DNA of 64,000 bases from Naegleria gruberi (lineage: Eukaryota). The notes beneath the pieces are model-generated. The model was not told where the DNA came from and searched no databases. It saw only the letters and a program-made list of their open reading frames with translations. The first letter of the stretch is position 1. Every line of letters begins with the position of its first letter. Shown piece by piece: positions 1 to 9,779 of this stretch. The translations under genes were made by a program, and so were the position numbers. Location: the NCBI GenBank assembly GCA_000004985.1, contig GG738856.1. The stretch is one strand, 5' to 3'.

Positions 1-780
1 ATAACTTTTAACAAACATCCTGGAGGAAAGGAAGTTGTTGAGAGGGAAAATTTTCAAACATTCTTAAAGGTAAGTCACAATCAGGCCTAAATCGATTAAG
101 AGAATACCACAGGAATTGGTAGGTTGGGTATAATTCCTAATTATATTGAATATTTCATATAGAACATATTATTCGGATCAACTAAAATTGAGTCTGTTAT
201 CAAATATGAACCCAGTGATTGGGCTAAATATTTCAATTCAAAAACAGAGCACTCACAACTATTGCTGGAAACTTTAATTAGAATATCCAGATGTGCTTCG
301 AGAAGAACCAATTTCAATGGTCCATTATTGGATTTGGATCTTAATTCCTCGACAAGCTCTCAAATAATTGAAAGCACCCCTAAAAATCAGATGGAAAATT
401 TGAATGAAGAAAACACAAAACAAATAGAACCTACTTCTGAGTCTAGGAACAATCGTATCGACGATTATCATAATACCTCAACCATAAGAAACTTTCAAAC
501 AAAATTAAAACCAAACTCTAGAACTTTCAAGGAAACAGCACTATTCAGTTTAAGACAGTTATTGGATGATCTGGAACTTGAAGACGACGACTTTGAAGGA
601 ACTGATATGATACCAAAGCAGAAATTTGATACCATGTGCAGTGACTACGAATTACAATTGGAAAATCTGAGATTTATCATTCAAAAAAAGAATTTGCAAA
701 TTGAAAAGCTTCAACTGGAAAAGAAACAACTAATGAAAACATTAAGCATTACCCAAGTTGAAGTAAAATTCAATGATTAA
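1..780 (+). CDS. 3' part of a gene entering from upstream. A short exon (1..70) encodes ...NKHPGGKEVVERENFQTFLK with a cytochrome-b5-like HPGG motif, followed by a GTAAGT intron (about 71..162) and a terminal coiled-coil exon (about 163..780)
   Basis: The open frame at the window start ends at GTAAGT. An acceptor ...atatag at 162 restores an open frame that continues into ORF 262..780 (stop TAA 778..780). HPGG is the cytochrome b5 heme-ligand motif, but the downstream exon does not continue a b5 fold convincingly. Confidence 0.3.
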
Positions 781-1829
781 TTACCGTTTATTTCTTGATA
801 TTTCTTGGCTTTGTACTTTCTGTAGAAAATGACACCTCCAACAATACCGCCAACAATTACACCTACAGCAATGACAGCAAAGATTATGCCAAAAGCAATA
901 CCAACAGCATTTGAAGGTTGTTCATAATAGAATACGGATGGAAGGTAAGCAAATTCAGGCAATTCTGGAATATCTTCCTTATTGACCAAGATGTTAATAC
1001 TGTACAAGCCAGAATTCAAATCTGAAACAATTCCCTTATCCAATCTACATGTTGTAACGCCATTCAAATCAGTACAACCTTGCAAGTTGATTGGCTTATT
1101 TCTGCAACCACAGACAGAAGCAATGTTAGCAGTGGCAGAGTTTGGTGACATACAAGCAACATAAGCTGGGGTAGGAACAAGTTCATTCTTACAACCTCCT
1201 TCAGTTTCTGAAGCACAATAAGTTGGAGTGCTGAATGAGAGAGCTCTGTCATTAGGTAAAAAGTTCAATCCTCTATTGTCAGTTGTAATTAAATTAACTC
1301 TTCCAGCAATTTTAGTGGTATAACCAGATATTACAATTCTAGAAACAACACCCTTAGTAACTGGTGTAATGGCAATATAATAAGCAATTTGAGAGGTACA
1401 TTTAACATTTGGACCTCCTTGACAAATTCCTGTTGGATATTGGAAAGGAGCAGTTGGTTGAATAACAAATTGTCTATCATAATTAATTGCTGATGGAACC
1501 CATTTATCACTGAAATCACAAGGTGATTCTGGAGTAGCACTACATTCCTTAATAAAGATATTAGCTCTTCCGGAACAAACTTCAATAAAACCAGACAATA
1601 GAGTCATATTCATGGTAGCCTCAACTGATTCTAATTTGTAATAGACAACATCATCATCGTCATCAAAATTATAAGTAGCCTCCTCACCAGGATAAATAAT
1701 ATTAAAATCATCAGGATCAACACCCTTGACCACCATCACGCCAATGATGGTAAGCAACATCATCATCATCAAGAAGCGAACATTAAGGGAGAATTGTTTC
1801 ATTTTTTCGAGTGAGATTTTTTTAAGCAT
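777..1829 (-). CDS. Type I membrane glycoprotein-like protein of 350 aa: N-terminal hydrophobic signal (MMMMLLTIIGVMVV), Cys-rich ectodomain with N-glycosylation sequons, one C-terminal TM (GIAFGIIFAVIAVGVIVGGIVGGVIF) and a short basic tail
   Basis: Single long ORF with an ATG start. The hydrophobic N-terminus, the C-terminal TM segment followed by YRKYKAKKYQ, and many Cys in the ectodomain are all read directly from the sequence. No family assignment was possible. Confidence 0.5.
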   Translation of the reverse strand: MLKKISLEKMKQFSLNVRFLMMMMLLTIIGVMVVKGVDPDDFNIIYPGEEATYNFDDDDDVVYYKLESVEATMNMTLLSGFIEVCSGRANIFIKECSATPESPCDFSDKWVPSAINYDRQFVIQPTAPFQYPTGICQGGPNVKCTSQIAYYIAITPVTKGVVSRIVISGYTTKIAGRVNLITTDNRGLNFLPNDRALSFSTPTYCASETEGGCKNELVPTPAYVACMSPNSATANIASVCGCRNKPINLQGCTDLNGVTTCRLDKGIVSDLNSGLYSINILVNKEDIPELPEFAYLPSVFYYEQPSNAVGIAFGIIFAVIAVGVIVGGIVGGVIFYRKYKAKKYQEINGN

Positions 1830-2838
1830 TGTAGGGGCGTCCTTATATCAAATGGATACAGTAAAAAAATACCTCATTTCAAAAACCAGCGATCGCAACT
1901 CAGAAGCTCAGCAGTCAGCGCGCTAATTTTTTGAAAGCCTCAACTCTTTCTCACCTTACCAACACGAGAATCCTGCAACTCGTTATCTTGCTCTTTTTTA
2001 TTCATATGTGAACCGTAGATCGTACGTAGGTGGTAACCAGCTAATAATTCGTAGATGACATGATATTATCACTACTGTAGTGAGGATGTTTGGTTCTTTG
2101 TTACAATGTGCGAATTGACTTTTAGAGGAAAGTACTTCTATTGTGTGTTTAAAAATTTAAAATAGAATGTTAAACCAAAGTATCCATCAAGTGATTTCTC
2201 TCTCTCTTTACATGAACATCAAGTATTGGTTTTTATCATGCTTGATGTTGCCGTTGCAAAAGTAAAAAAAACAACAACACTTGAAACTGTGGTCATCATT
2301 ATAGACTCATGGACAGTCAAAAGCTTTCTTTAAATCGAGTACTATCCTACAAGTTTCATTCATGAAAATTTTTTAAATGAGCCTGTCAGTCATCATTAGT
2401 ACAAATTAGGTTTACTTGTTCGAAATAGTCCAAAAAACCGTTCGCGTTTAAGACGGTATTTTTTTTTGTACAAAAACAAAATAGGATGCCCAAATCGAAA
2501 GGTTTATTCACTGAAGAGGCACCATTAAAAACACGTATGTGGAAGATTTTCACTGTAATAAGGATGTTTCTCTTTCAGAAAAAAACATATTCCTTCCAAA
2601 TGGAAACTACCATGAATCATTTACAATGCATACATGAATTTAAATATGCAACTTTATATTGGAAATGGAAAGAAACGAAAGTATTCAGTGAACATTGACC
2701 CAGTTTATTATTAGATCTGTATAACAGTTTTTCCACTAATTGCCAGCTCTTAATTCATTTAAGAGTTAGCTGTTATTATTTAATTCTCACAAAAAAACAA
2801 AACAACAATAATCAATATATAACTAATCTGCATTCGAA

Positions 2839-3603
2839 ATGTACTTTACTAAACCTGAAGATTATGGCTTACTCGAGAGTGGTCCAACTATGAACTATTG
2901 GATTTGGGTACCAACATTCCTTACTATTGCCTCCATGATGATCTCTGTCATTTCACAATATTTCTCCTATTTGTGGCCTGCTGTAGAATATAAGAAACAA
3001 TTCAAGAATAAGACAACTCACTATGTGTTCCTTTCATATGCTGTTAACCATACACTTTCTGCTATACTGACCACATTCACAATTGCCTATGCTAGATACT
3101 ATGGTACTTGTTATGAATCTAACATTTTTGAGATGGGTGTTCTCGAGTTGATCAAGTATATCCTTACTGTGATATTATGTGCTGTTCAACAGGTGGTCAT
3201 CTATGACTTTTTAATTTACCTTTTCCACAGAAGTTGTCATGTTAATAAGTGGATGTATATTCATATTCACAAATGGCATCACGAGAATAATACTCCACGA
3301 GGAATCTGTGATGGAATTTATGGTGATGCCTTTGAGGGAACTTTGGTGGCTTACTTTGCTGTTGGTCAAATGATGTTTTTCTCATTGCCAGTCAGTTCAA
3401 TTTGTCTCTTCTTATTGTATATTAGTTTCTTTGTCCAATTGAATCACAGTGGAAGAAAGGTTAAGATTCCATATTTCTATACTTTCAAATCCCATGCCAT
3501 TCACCATCGTCATTTCAAATATAATTTCTCTGAACACATTCCTTTGTGGGATTATTTGTTTGGAACATTGAAGTTGGACGAAATCAGTGACAATCAATTC
3601 TAA
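2839..3603 (+). CDS. Fatty acid hydroxylase / sterol desaturase superfamily membrane protein (254 aa), tandem copy 1
   Basis: Histidine boxes HRSCH (HX3H), HKWHH and HAIHHRH (HX2HH) lie in a polytopic hydrophobic protein. ATG start. Confidence 0.75.
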   Translation: MYFTKPEDYGLLESGPTMNYWIWVPTFLTIASMMISVISQYFSYLWPAVEYKKQFKNKTTHYVFLSYAVNHTLSAILTTFTIAYARYYGTCYESNIFEMGVLELIKYILTVILCAVQQVVIYDFLIYLFHRSCHVNKWMYIHIHKWHHENNTPRGICDGIYGDAFEGTLVAYFAVGQMMFFSLPVSSICLFLLYISFFVQLNHSGRKVKIPYFYTFKSHAIHHRHFKYNFSEHIPLWDYLFGTLKLDEISDNQF

Positions 3604-4393
3604 ATTGCAACCTGTAGAAATACTGTACATTATAATATTATTCGAAACTCTAGAGGAAGGGCGAAAGACCTTTCAATCCGAATGAGGCCAAAGAGCCACT
3701 CAAATTGCAAAGGAAATTTAACACAAAGATCCACAAACAATGAATCATGAAATAAACTTCTCACATTTCCATTCTGAAAAACGAAACGAATTTTTATTCC
3801 AATCTTGGAGAGTGACCACCTAACATTGTCATTGCACCAAATATCAATTACACTTTTTAAACAGAAGTACAATACCAATTTGGTAATTTAAAAAAGAAAA
3901 AAGGATAGTGCTACTAGTATCAGATCCTCGTTTCTTCATGGTTTCGTTTAATTAACACGTAGTTTTACAATAAGAAATGAAATTAGATAATTAAATAGTA
4001 ATACTAGTTGTGAAATCCAATAGTGTTGAAATTTTTCATTTGTTGTCTATTTGAAATTCATTGAGATTCACCAAATATTTAGAAACATTATTTGCGTTGT
4101 GTCAACTCTTTATCTTTTTAGAAGTATCCCACAAAATATGTATAAAACTCTTCACAAAATCAAGTCCTGTTTTAGTCAACTACCGAATAGTTATTACCCG
4201 CACTAAAGCGACTTCCTTCAATGAATGGGTTTTTATTCGAAAGGGCATTTAATTTTCATCTAAGTTGTGTCCTGCCAAAACTGCATCATAATTCACAAGT
4301 GGCATATAATTCTCATGAATTGTTGACCAGTAATTTTGAAACATTTTATTAATAATACTGAAAAAAACAAACACAATTCAAAACTAATCTCAA

Positions 4394-5158
4394 ATGTACT
4401 TTACGAAACCTGAAGATTATGGCTTGTTAGAAAGTGGTCCAACTATGAACTATTGGATTTGGGTACCAACAGTGCTCTTCCTGGCTTCCATGGCTGTTTC
4501 CGTTCTTTCACAATGGTTTTCCTATTTGTGGCCTGCTGTAGAATATAAGAAACAATTCAAGAATAAGACAACTCATTACGTTCTCCTTTCATATGCTGTG
4601 AATCACTTCTTGAGCGCTCTGCTGACAACTTTTACAATTGCCTATGCTAGATACTATGGTTCTTGTTATGAATCCAATATATTCGAAATGAGTTTCTTGG
4701 AAATGTCCAAGTACATTATCACAGTTCTGTGGTGTGTTGCCCAGCAGGTACTTATCTATGACTTTTTAATCTATGTCTTCCATAGAAGTTGCCACGTTAA
4801 TAAGTGGATGTATATTCATATTCACAAGTGGCATCACGAGAATAATACACCAAGAGGAATCTGTGATGGAATTTATGGTGATGCCTTTGAGGGAACTTTG
4901 GTGGCTTACTTTGCTGTTGGTCAAATGATGTTCTTCTCATTGCCAGTCAGTTCAATTTGTCTCTTCTTATTGTATATTAGTTTCTTTGTTCAATTGAATC
5001 ACAGTGGAAGAAAGGTTAAGATTCCATATTTCTACTCGTTCAAGGCACACGCTGTCCATCATCGTCATTTCAAATATAATTTCTCTGAACACATTCCTTT
5101 GTGGGATTATTTGTTTGGTACCTTAAGATTGAGTGAAATCAGTGATGACCAATTCTAA
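4394..5158 (+). CDS. Fatty acid hydroxylase / sterol desaturase superfamily membrane protein (254 aa), tandem copy 2
   Basis: About 88% amino-acid identity to copy 1 with the same histidine boxes. The 3' half is nearly identical to copy 1 at nucleotide level. Confidence 0.75.
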   Translation: MYFTKPEDYGLLESGPTMNYWIWVPTVLFLASMAVSVLSQWFSYLWPAVEYKKQFKNKTTHYVLLSYAVNHFLSALLTTFTIAYARYYGSCYESNIFEMSFLEMSKYIITVLWCVAQQVLIYDFLIYVFHRSCHVNKWMYIHIHKWHHENNTPRGICDGIYGDAFEGTLVAYFAVGQMMFFSLPVSSICLFLLYISFFVQLNHSGRKVKIPYFYSFKAHAVHHRHFKYNFSEHIPLWDYLFGTLRLSEISDDQF

Positions 5159-5304
5159 ATTAATATTATTGGAGAATGTTATTCGAATCAATATTCTCTT
5201 TGAAACACATAAAAATCTCTAAATAAAATTGTTTAATTTATAAATATTAATATTTAACAGCCATTACAACACAAAATAGTCACTCTCTACAATTATGGAG
5301 ATAT

Positions 5305-7470
5305 TTACAATTCTTCAAAGCCAGCAAGTTGATTTGAGACAACTCTACTGACAGTGTCAGTGATACCTTCACCTCCAGAAACCAATTCTCTGATACCGCT
5401 ACTTTGTGCCCATTGATCTCCTAATCTATTGATATTTTCACTTGATTGTTCCAAAAGATGATTCAATCTTTGCAATCCATCAACCATGTAATTTTGCAAC
5501 ATGTCTTGTAATTGATCCTTAAGTCTTCTTCTAACATTATTCTGAATGTAACCAGATAAAACTCTCAACAGAATTTCGTGATGTTCTGCATGAGTGAATT
5601 TCAATTTCAAGTCATCAATATCGACAGTGATAGAGTTGTATTTGAACCATTCAGTATCACCAAGTTCATTAGTGGATGTATCAACATTAATCTTCAAGTG
5701 AATCATAACACCATCATCTCCAGTATCAATATTCAATAAACCTTCATCAGAGAGTTGTGGGAAAGAGAATCTCTTGAACCAAAATTGAACATCCTTAAAG
5801 TGGAATACTATTCCACTCAAGTGCAATACAAGGGTTGATTGAGTTCCTTGGAGACTATCAGCAAGCTTATCTTCACTATAATCAATGTCTGTAACAGAGT
5901 GACCAGACATTTTAACATGTGATGGTAACAAGTCAGATGCATTCATTCTCAAGCCCTTCAGTTCATATTCAACATTCTCATCAACATAATGAATATCCAA
6001 ATCTGTAAAAGATGATACAGTTTCCTTAATCATAGACACCATCATAACCTTCAATTCATTCAGANNNNNNNNNNNNNNNNNNNNNNNNNNNNNNNNNNNN
6101 NNNNNNNNNNNNNNNNNNNNNNNNNNNNNNNNNNNNNNNNNNNNNNNNNNNNNNNNNNNNNNNNNNNNNNNNNNNNNNNNNNNNNNNNNNNNNNNNNNNN
6201 NNNNNNNNNNNNNNNNNNNNNNNNNNNNNNNNAGTATCTACGAGTGTCCTTCTCAACTTGATCTAACAATTTGGAAAGCTCCTTGTCATTGCTGAATGCC
6301 TTATAGATATCTTGCAATGATTGTTCCATATCCTTGATGATCTTTTCATTACCAACCCATTGGATTAACAACTTTTCACCATTCTCTTTCATATTGATAA
6401 AGTACTTGTCATTTTGCATTTCCTTAACCAAATCGTTAACGTTACTCTCAATGTTATCATTGAAAATGAACTTGAGTTGATCGAACATGTTGGAGAATCC
6501 CAAAACTGCCTTTCTGTAAGATCTATTTGAAGAGAATTCCTTGATAAGTTCACTAAATCTATCATAAATTTGGTCTTCTAACTTTTCTTGCTTTAATTCA
6601 GCAGATTTGACATCTGACTTGGTAGGTTCTACTGATGCAGCAACAACCTTAGTCTTTTGCTTCTTGGAAGAAGATTCAACACTGGATGATTCTAAGAATG
6701 GCTTTTCCCAATCACTCTTATTCTTTGGAGTATCTTCAGTAACATCCATTTGATCCTTAACCTTCTCTTTCAACTCATCATCATCATCATCAAGATTATT
6801 GACAATTCTTTGAATGGCAGCTCTTGAGACCTTCGTTAGCTTGTACATGAATGTTAGTGAGGCTCTTATTTGACAATACTCTCAAATAGTTCAATGTATC
6901 AACCATTAAAAGTCTAAATGAGTTGGATCTAAACAGTTCAAAAATAAAATTGGAAAAGTTCTGAACTGATTCATAGAAAGACTTGGTTTCTTGATTGAGT
7001 TGGTCATTCACATCACTTGTGGTATCCTTAACTACATGTACAACTTTATCAGAGTACTTGTCAATGAACATGTTGGTATTGTAAATGAATTGTTGCAATA
7101 CCTGATCCTTATTCTTCTCTTCAATTAATTGTTTAACAATGTCTAACAGGTGAATAGCACGTTCTTGAATATTTTGACTTGATGTGACATATTGTGATGA
7201 TTTGTCAACAATATCTTTCACCTGTTCAACACCACTCAAAAGTTGTTCATTAGAAGGAATTTCACCCTTGGTAAGAGACTTTAATCCTTCAATGGTTTGA
7301 TCAATTGCCTTATTGTCAACTGTGACATTAACAATATTCTCTTGGATGTTTTCCTTTACCTCTTGAACAGTATCAGCAATTTTAGGAGTAATAGTTGTAG
7401 ATGAAGATGGATTCTTGATTTCTACCATTTCCAATGTTTTGTTGTTTTTTAATTGTTTTAATTTCTTCAC
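5305..7470 (-). CDS. Hypothetical conserved protein in a multi-exon gene that spans the assembly gap. It has an N-terminal coiled-coil region, an acidic DDDDDE stretch, and a C-terminal globular domain of unknown function
   Basis: ORFs 6796..7470, 6060..6848 and 5305..6054 share a strand. A 40-nt GTATTG...CAAG intron (about 6850..6889) joins the first two in frame as ...NYLR|LTKVSRAAIQ. The ORF is interrupted only by the N-run, which is in frame. Confidence 0.45.
6065..6232. other. Assembly gap (168 N)
   Basis: Run of n characters inside the coding region of the 5305..7470 gene. Confidence 0.99.
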
Positions 7471-7927
7471 AATATAAAATTATCAACTTAAATTAATTAA
7501 GTGAAAAGCTAATAAGAGTAATTTCCATATCCTAGTTTTGATTAATTAATACATTTACTATTTTTTAGTGTTATCCGAGTCTAGTCTATCCACTTGTACT
7601 TTTATGAAGTATTGTACAAAATTACAAGTGAATATGAGCCTACAAGGCACAATCTTGTCATCATGATAATTTTGTATTACTGTAAAATCCTATGGATCAT
7701 CTTCATTATCATCCAAACATTTTACTAGCAAGAACAAGATAATAAAACTATCATCATCATATGAATTTGACTCAATTTAAGATTTGAGTCATCATACTCA
7801 AGGTGGTTATCAAAATCTAATTGCTTGATGAAGGCTTTCAATCAATTTAGAGAATTTTTTAAAAATAAAAATTAAATTAAAAAAATAGACCAACAACAAC
7901 TTTCATCACACATTTTCCTCTATCAAA

Positions 7928-8221
7928 ATGAACAATCAATATAATCCTCAACAATTCAATCAAATGCAACAACAACAAATGATGCAAAATTATCAAAGAC
8001 AACAACAACAACAAATGATGCAAGAATTACAATTAAAGGAAGCTATGGAACTTTTCAATGAAATGGTTAGACACTGTGTTGATAAATGTGTTGAAGAACC
8101 AAAAGGAGACAAGTTAGATGATGTTGAAAAGGCTTGTATCACAAAATGTGGAGTTAAATATATTAAACACAATATGCGTGTTACGGAACGATTCCAAGCT
8201 GGTATGCAAAATCAAAAATAA
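7928..8221 (+). CDS. Small Tim (Tim9/Tim10 family) mitochondrial intermembrane-space chaperone with an N-terminal Q-rich extension
   Basis: Twin CX3C motif CVDKC-x14-CITKC. Small size of 97 aa. ATG start at 7928. Confidence 0.75.
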   Translation: MNNQYNPQQFNQMQQQQMMQNYQRQQQQQMMQELQLKEAMELFNEMVRHCVDKCVEEPKGDKLDDVEKACITKCGVKYIKHNMRVTERFQAGMQNQK

Positions 8222-8270
8222 ATTTAATCCAAATTTTGTTTTTAATTGATGAATCGGAAATGTCAAATGT

Positions 8271-8729
8271 TTAAACTTCAATGTTGAGTGGTTCTTCTGG
8301 TGGTTTGTATCCAGGTTGAGCAGGTAAATCTTTGAATGGTTGAACACCAACTTGTATTGGTATAAGATTCCAATCAATCTTTTCGGCTTCAACTCTTAAT
8401 TCCTTTGGAAGAGCTTCCAAAGCAGACTTTTTTAATTTAAGTCTTCTCTTGGCATCATTACGGGCTTTTTCTGTGATTCTCTTCTTTAATAAAGACCAAG
8501 AATTGGCCAACATTTCGTCCTTTTTAAATTGTTGTGGTGTTTTAGGAATTCTAGGTTTATCCACTGGACGAATATAGTCCTTTGCGGATTCTATTAAATA
8601 TGAAAGTTCTTGAGGTGTTGGGTTCTTTGGAATTGCGTAATTTCTAGTAGTTATTATTGATGATGAATTTATGGCCGAACATGATGAAACCTTCTTCACC
8701 AAAGAAGCCGATTTTGAAAGTGAGAGCAT
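8271..8729 (-). CDS. Mitochondrial ribosomal protein mL40-like (MRPL40 / yeast Mrpl28 family) with a presequence-like N-terminus
   Basis: The N-terminus MLSLSKSASLVKKVSS resembles a targeting peptide. The C-terminal pattern WSLLKKR...ALEALPKELRVEAEKIDWNLIPIQ...PGYKPPEEP parallels the mL40 pattern KKWSLYK...NLFPFE...YTPPIP.YQPPEG. Confidence 0.5.
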   Translation of the reverse strand: MLSLSKSASLVKKVSSCSAINSSSIITTRNYAIPKNPTPQELSYLIESAKDYIRPVDKPRIPKTPQQFKKDEMLANSWSLLKKRITEKARNDAKRRLKLKKSALEALPKELRVEAEKIDWNLIPIQVGVQPFKDLPAQPGYKPPEEPLNIEV

Positions 8730-8998
8730 TTTTTTAATTTTTTGAAAATTTAAAAATGAATTTTCTCTTCTTACTTGAATTTTGGCCTCAACAGGAGAGT
8801 GAAATTCTTGATATCATATGTATTTGTTAACAAGAAAAACTATTATTAAGAGTAACAAGTAGATTCAAGTTTGTTGTTGTGTGGATATTTTCCTTTTAAA
8901 AAAGTGAAAGAACATTGTACAATTATGGCGCCAAAAAAATATTAAAATTAATAAAAAAAACAACCAATTAGGATACCTAATACTTTAAATAAGACGGA

Positions 8999-9772
8999 AT
9001 GGATTTTTCGTTTGTGTCGATCGATCTTCCCATGATTGAAAAAGAATATAACAATCAAATGGCTAGTAAACAGGAAGAAATGCTTTCGGAGACAAATAAT
9101 ACAAATAATTCAGAGTATGAAATTAATGTTTCCTTAGAACTTTCTAGGGATGAGAATACAATTCAACAAGAATTACAAGAAAATAATCAACAGAGAAATT
9201 TTGAAAAGGAAGCTAGTGAATTGCTGGTATACGTGAAGGAATTATTGGGAAGAAATGAGGAACAACAGGCTTTAATTGAGGGGTTGAAACAAGATTTGGA
9301 AAAGGAACAAACTAGGAAAATACTAAATGATGTAAATTCCTGTGTTAGGCACAAGAAGGCAGTAAGCAGGTTAATTGATGATAGTTTACGAAAAGATAAG
9401 GAAATTTTACAATACAAGACTATATTTGCTCTTTTGAGGAATGCAAAGACTGAGGAAGAGGCACAGACAATTTTAAGGGATTTTGATGAGTCAGGAAAGA
9501 AAGAGCATAGGTCTCCAAACATGAATGCTAAAAGTCCTAAAAGTGTCACACCTTCCAGGTATTCCTCTCCTAAAAGCCCTCCAACAGATACCTCCCCAAA
9601 CACTAAGATTATTGAATTGAGGAAACAATTGGCAACATCAAGTTCAAGGAATAAGAAATTACAACAGGAAGTTGAAAAGTGGAAAAATTTAGCAAGTAGT
9701 TACGAGAAGATGTTTGGAATTGTAAAAGTTAGTGTATCTTTACCAAATGAAAATAATGAAACCAATGATTGA
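8999..9772 (+). CDS. Hypothetical coiled-coil protein with a C-terminal SP-rich segment (SPKSVTPSRYSSPKSPPTDTSP)
   Basis: ATG start, 257 aa, coiled-coil composition. The SPxx motifs look like phospho-sites. No family was recognised. Confidence 0.4.
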   Translation: MDFSFVSIDLPMIEKEYNNQMASKQEEMLSETNNTNNSEYEINVSLELSRDENTIQQELQENNQQRNFEKEASELLVYVKELLGRNEEQQALIEGLKQDLEKEQTRKILNDVNSCVRHKKAVSRLIDDSLRKDKEILQYKTIFALLRNAKTEEEAQTILRDFDESGKKEHRSPNMNAKSPKSVTPSRYSSPKSPPTDTSPNTKIIELRKQLATSSSRNKKLQQEVEKWKNLASSYEKMFGIVKVSVSLPNENNETND

Positions 9773-9779
9773 AATCAAA

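Larger units (their letters stand above)
2700..5165 (+). repeat. Tandem segmental duplication (two units of about 1.55 kb) carrying the paralogous hydroxylase genes and their similar 5' leaders
   Basis: The leader ...aaaacaa...aactaatct..aaatgtactttac recurs before both ATGs, and the coding 3' halves are near-identical. Confidence 0.7.

Noticed and set aside
2486-2698. 70-aa ORF upstream of the first hydroxylase gene
   Set aside because: It is short, has no homology, lies in a 900-bp promoter-like spacer, and has no counterpart upstream of the duplicated copy.
6065-6232. Run of 168 N
   Set aside because: This is an assembly gap, not a biological feature. It is kept only as a caveat for the gene it interrupts.
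9187-9603. 138-aa ORF antisense to the 8999..9772 gene, and similar antisense ORFs (982..1164, 1064..1252, 11211..11429, 36464..37021, 40846..41588, 60072..60571)
   Set aside because: They lie inside, and opposite to, well-supported genes. They have low-complexity or hydrophobic composition typical of antisense reading of AT-rich coding DNA, and they lack independent start context.
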